DNA of 64,000 nt from Alphaproteobacteria bacterium (GTDB lineage: Bacteria; Pseudomonadota; Alphaproteobacteria; MPNO01; UBA830), in contig OZ251539.1 of NCBI GenBank assembly GCA_965243135.1, forward strand, positions 1,056,001 through 1,120,000. The letters are read 5' to 3'. The notes below the pieces were generated by a model. The model was not told the DNA's origin, made no database searches, and saw only the letters and a list, made by a program, of their open reading frames with translations. The position numbers were made by a program, and so were the translations under genes. Position 1 is the first letter of the stretch, and every line of letters starts with the position of its first letter. Positions 60,270-64,000 of the stretch are shown here, one piece after another.

Positions 60270-61493
60270 ATGCCTCAGCCTTCAGGCCCGCTCGCGGGCG
60301 TTGCCGTCCTCGACCTCACCCGCGTGCTCGCGGGGCCGACCTGCACCCAGCTGCTCGGCGACCTCGGCGCCGACGTGATCAAGATCGAGCGGCCCGGCGC
60401 GGGCGACGACACGCGCAAGTTCGCCCCGCCTTTCCTTCGGGACGGCGGCGGGGCGGACACGTCGGAAAGCGCCTATTACATGGGCGCCAATCGCAACAAG
60501 CGGTCGGTCGCGCTCGACATTGCGAAACCCGAGGGAGCGGAGATCGCGCGCCGTCTGGCCCTCGGCGCCGATTGCCTGGTCGAAAACTTCAAGACCGGAA
60601 ACCTCGCGAAATACGGCCTTTCCCACGAGGATTTGAAAGCCGGCAATCCGGGACTGATCTATTGTTCCATTACCGGATTCGGCCAGACCGGTCCCTACGC
60701 GCCCCGTCCGGGCTACGATTTCCTCTTGCAGGGAATGGCGGGCCTGATGTCGATCACAGGCGAGCCCGACGGCGAGCCCCAGAAGGTCGGGGTGCCGATC
60801 GCCGACGTGATGGCGGGCATGTATGCAGGCGTGGCGATCTGCGCGGCGTTGCGCCATTCCGCCCTGACCGGAGAAGGGCAATACATCGATATCGGCATGA
60901 TGGACACCACCGTCGCCATGCTCGCCAACGCGGGCATGAACTATCTGCATGCCGGCTCGCTCGGCCGCCTGGGCAACGCGCATCCCAACATCGTTCCCTA
61001 CCAGCCCTTCGAGACGGCCGACGGATACATCATCGTCGCGATCGGCAACGACGACCAGTTCCGGCGTTTTTGCGATCTGGCGGAACGCCCCGGTCTCTCC
61101 GTCGATCCGGACTACGCGGCCAACGACTCGCGGGTGCGCAATCGCGATGCTCTGATACCGGTTCTGCAGGAGATATTCCGGAAGCGGACCTCGGAAGAAT
61201 GGCTCGCGGCGCTCGAGGCGGAGAAGATCGGATGCGGGCCGATCAACGATCTGCAGCAGGTGTTCGACGATCCGCACGTCGCCGATCGCGAAATGGTCGT
61301 TCGCATGGAACACCCGCTGGCCGGGGCGGACGGCGCCGCCGTGATCGCGAGCCCGATGCGCCTGTCGCGCACGCCCGTCGATTACCGGCAGGCGCCGCCT
61401 CTGCTGGGGGAGCACACGGAGGAGGTGTTGCGGGAAAAGCTCGGTATGGGCGACGGCGAGCTCATGGCGCTGCGCGACAAGGGGGTGATCTGA
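60270..61493 (+). CDS. CaiB/BaiF family (class III) CoA transferase
   Basis: DLTRVLAGP, LGADVIKIERP, NRNKRS, GFGQTGP..PGYD, PLLGEHT. Confidence 0.93.
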   Translation: MPQPSGPLAGVAVLDLTRVLAGPTCTQLLGDLGADVIKIERPGAGDDTRKFAPPFLRDGGGADTSESAYYMGANRNKRSVALDIAKPEGAEIARRLALGADCLVENFKTGNLAKYGLSHEDLKAGNPGLIYCSITGFGQTGPYAPRPGYDFLLQGMAGLMSITGEPDGEPQKVGVPIADVMAGMYAGVAICAALRHSALTGEGQYIDIGMMDTTVAMLANAGMNYLHAGSLGRLGNAHPNIVPYQPFETADGYIIVAIGNDDQFRRFCDLAERPGLSVDPDYAANDSRVRNRDALIPVLQEIFRKRTSEEWLAALEAEKIGCGPINDLQQVFDDPHVADREMVVRMEHPLAGADGAAVIASPMRLSRTPVDYRQAPPLLGEHTEEVLREKLGMGDGELMALRDKGVI

Positions 61494-61568
61494 GAGCGGA
61501 CGGTCGCCGGGTTCGCCGTAGGCGGAGCGGCGTTTCGCCCCGCGGCGCAGGTCGTTGCGCCGGAGAAA

Positions 61569-62772
61569 CTATAAAGCTGCGAAGGGCAGGGCGGTTGCCG
61601 CGGGACCGAGGGGAAGGCGCATGTCGCCCGGATGCACGACGTATCCCGGCAGGACTGCGTTCCCCAGATCCGCTCGAAGCGTTCTGATGGAGGAGGCCAT
61701 CGCCGGACGCGGGGTGGCGGACAGCTTCACCGGAACGAGTTGTCCCGCAGTTTCGATGACGAAGTCCACCTCCGTTCCTGCCGTCGTCCGCCAGAAATAG
61801 ACTCTCGGATCGATTCCGCGATGCGTCAGCGTTCTGACGATTTCGGACAGCACGGCGGTCTCCATGATCGCTCCGCCCATCGGGCCGCGCGCGGCATGTT
61901 CGGGGTCGCGAAGGCCGACGAGGTGGCAAAGCGTTCCGACATCCGTGAAATATACTTTTGGAGTCTTGACGAACCGCTTTCCGATATTCGCGAAATACGG
62001 GCGCAATACGATCACCTGATAGGTGGCTTCGAGCAGAGAAAGCCATGCCTTCGCCGTGTTGACGGCAATGCCCAGATCCCGGGAGATGTCGGTCAGGTTC
62101 AGAAGCTGCGCGCTTCTGGCGGCAAGAATTCGCAGGAAATTCTGGTATCGGGTCAAATCTCCGACCTGCCGGAGCGCGCGCACGTCCCGCTCGAGATAGG
62201 TCTGCATGTAGCTGGCATGCCAGAGATACGGGTCTCGATCAGGTTGAGAAGCAAGTTCCGGATACCCGCCTCGAAGAAAGCCGTTCCACAGATCGCCGAG
62301 GACAGGGGGATCCGGCTGACGTTCGCGTTCCCATGCGAAAGCGGCCTGCGGTTTCCCCTCGGCCTCCCGTCTGGAAAGCGGGAGCAGGCGAAGTATCGCC
62401 GCGCCCGGCGAGCGATTCGGTCACCTTTTCCGCGAGGGCGAGGTTCTGGGAACCCGTCAATAGGTACTGACCGGCTTCGCGGCGGTTTTCGTCGATTCTT
62501 TCCTTGATATAGGAAAGCAGATCGGGAACGTGCTGTATCTCGTCGAAAATGACAGGCGGCGGATACGCGTCCAGAAAGCCTCGCGGGTCGTCTAATGCGA
62601 TGGACCGGACGTCCGGCGTTTCAAGGGACGCGTATCCGCAGCGATCGCCGAAGAGGCGCTTGAGGAGCGTCGTCTTGCCGGACTGGCGCGGTCCGGTCAG
62701 AATGACAGCCGGAAACTCGGCGGCGGCTTTTCCGAGGACAGGTTCCAGAGAACGTTCGATGTAATCCTGCAT
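61569..62772 (-). pseudogene. AAA_14 + DUF4143 ATP-binding protein, frameshifted
   Basis: GPRQSGKTT, FDEIQ, ESLAGR then frameshift ~62400; C-terminal EVDFV...VPVKL lacks the ExK glutamate. Confidence 0.85.
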
Positions 62773-62953
62773 TTTCGCCGCATCTGCCGAGTTTTCGGGT
62801 TTTCGCGGAACTTCGTTTCCGACGGGTCCCCCGCTGTTGCGGCAGCCTGTCCTGTCGCCGTCTTGCCGCCGAGCCTGCCGCTGGAATGGTCAATAATATG
62901 CATTTGAATCGCAAATTTTCAACCGTGAAAATGCCGAAGCTTGTCGGGAAGCG

Positions 62954-63613
62954 TTGATGGCGGTTCGTCCGCCGCCTGCGCGCCCCGTTCCTCCGCTCGC
63001 CGACGCGGCGCGGCGGCGTTCGCTGGACGAAACCCTGGCATGCGCGCCGAACCCCGCAGGCATTCGCGTTTTCGCCTACGGTTCGTTGATGTGGAACCCT
63101 TGTTTCGAATCTACGGCGCGACGGGCCGCCGTTCTGCATGACTATCGGCGGGCGTTTTGCATCTGGACGGTCCATGCGCGTGGAACTCCCTCGCGCCCCG
63201 GCCTCGGGCTCGCCCTCGAACCGAACGCGGGCGCGTCCTGCGCCGGAGTTCTCTACGACCTGTCCCCCGGCACGGGCGCGAATGGGCTTCTGCCGCTTTG
63301 GGAACGGGAAATGTGGACGGCGGTTTACCGTCCGCAGTGGATTCGCGTGGATGTCGACAACGCAAGGGCAGACGCTCTCGCATTCGTGGTTAATCCCGGT
63401 CAGCCTCAGTATGCCGGAGACCTGTCGGTCGCCGAGCAGGCGCGCTACATTGCCGCCGCCGCAGGCAAGTTCGGCAGTTGTCGAGACTACCTTGCGGAAA
63501 CGGTTGAGGCGCTGCGCGCGGCGGGGGCGCCGGATACCGATCTCGAAACCCTGCTCTTCGAGGTAGACCGCGCAGCTTTCCTGTCGTCACCGGAGCGTGA
63601 CGCTGGAGGCTGA
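62954..63613 (+). CDS. chaC: Gamma-glutamylcyclotransferase ChaC family
   Basis: VFAYGSLMWNP, RGT..RPG, LWERE, G.CRDYL. Confidence 0.88.
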   Translation: MMAVRPPPARPVPPLADAARRRSLDETLACAPNPAGIRVFAYGSLMWNPCFESTARRAAVLHDYRRAFCIWTVHARGTPSRPGLGLALEPNAGASCAGVLYDLSPGTGANGLLPLWEREMWTAVYRPQWIRVDVDNARADALAFVVNPGQPQYAGDLSVAEQARYIAAAAGKFGSCRDYLAETVEALRAAGAPDTDLETLLFEVDRAAFLSSPERDAGG

Positions 63614-63688
63614 TTTTCGTGCGCGCGGCGGAACCGCAGAAGCTCCCAAGCGCCGAAGACGGGTCGGGCATGCGGCGTTTTTTCCGTG

Positions 63689-63930
63689 AGGCAGTGGACA
63701 TCTCGCGCCAAGGCGGCGCATTTCTCGCCTTAAGGCAGCGGACGCCTCGCGTTAAGGGCCTGTATTTCTTGCTCTAAGGCGGTGGACATCTCGCATTAAG
63801 GGTGTGTATTCCTCGCTCTAAGGCAGAGGATTCCTCGCTATAAGAATGTGTATTTCTCGCGTCAAGGCGGTGGACATTTCGCGCTAAGGCGGTGTATTTT
63901 TCGCATTAAGCACTTGTATTTTTCGCCATG
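63689..63930 (+). repeat. 11 x 22-bp phased tandem array with alternating A/B unit types
   Basis: Units start 63689, 63711, 63733 ... 63909 with no indels; consensus roughly AGGCRGTGKAYWTCTCGCNYTA. Confidence 0.92.
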
Positions 63931-63981
63931 GCGGGCATGATGCCCGATTGGGACAGCCAAGGCATCGAGCAGACACGAACC

Positions 63982-64000
63982 ATGTACGATAGACACCTGC
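63982..64000 (+). CDS. Start of a truncated ORF (MYDRHL...), possibly another AAA_14/DUF4143 gene
   Basis: Only 6 codons visible; resembles M-Y-x-R-x-L starts of that family. Confidence 0.3.

Noticed and set aside
63689-63930. CRISPR array
   Set aside because: No unique spacers between repeats and no cas genes in the window

Overview
GC-rich bacterial chromosomal window, probably alphaproteobacterial. The load of AAA_14/DUF4143, AAA-PD-(D/E)XK and Rpn genes plus decayed IS elements resembles host-associated marine symbionts, but this is inference only. Intact metabolic blocks: LigAB-type dioxygenase; CoxGMSL-like molybdo-hydroxylase with a branched-chain-type ABC importer; MrpA-less Mrp antiporter operon; tandem cold-shock protein; TPP-riboswitch thiZXY; a DUF2461/fused extradiol dioxygenase/FAD monooxygenase/Mo-hydroxylase/enoyl-CoA hydratase operon; PaaI/decarboxylase-like/flavin reductase; penicillin acylase; amidohydrolase; arylsulfotransferase plus CoA transferase. 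These blocks are interleaved with eroded mobile and defence DNA: ISKra4-like, ISNCY-like and IS630-like remnants, an orphan N4/N6 methyltransferase, hicAB nested inside an IS, and an Rpn gene with dispersed fragments. The main highlight is a collapsed BREX locus (brxA, pglZ and brxL remnants) whose internal cargo ORFs (AAA_21 ATPase, PHP-SMC-like ATPase, AlbA_2/HATPase protein) remain open. Other highlights are an 11 x 22-bp phased alternating repeat array at the right edge, a ~245-bp tandem duplication beside a perfect 18-bp palindrome, and an IS-end-like promoter. All family calls come from motif recognition by eye; no database searches were run.
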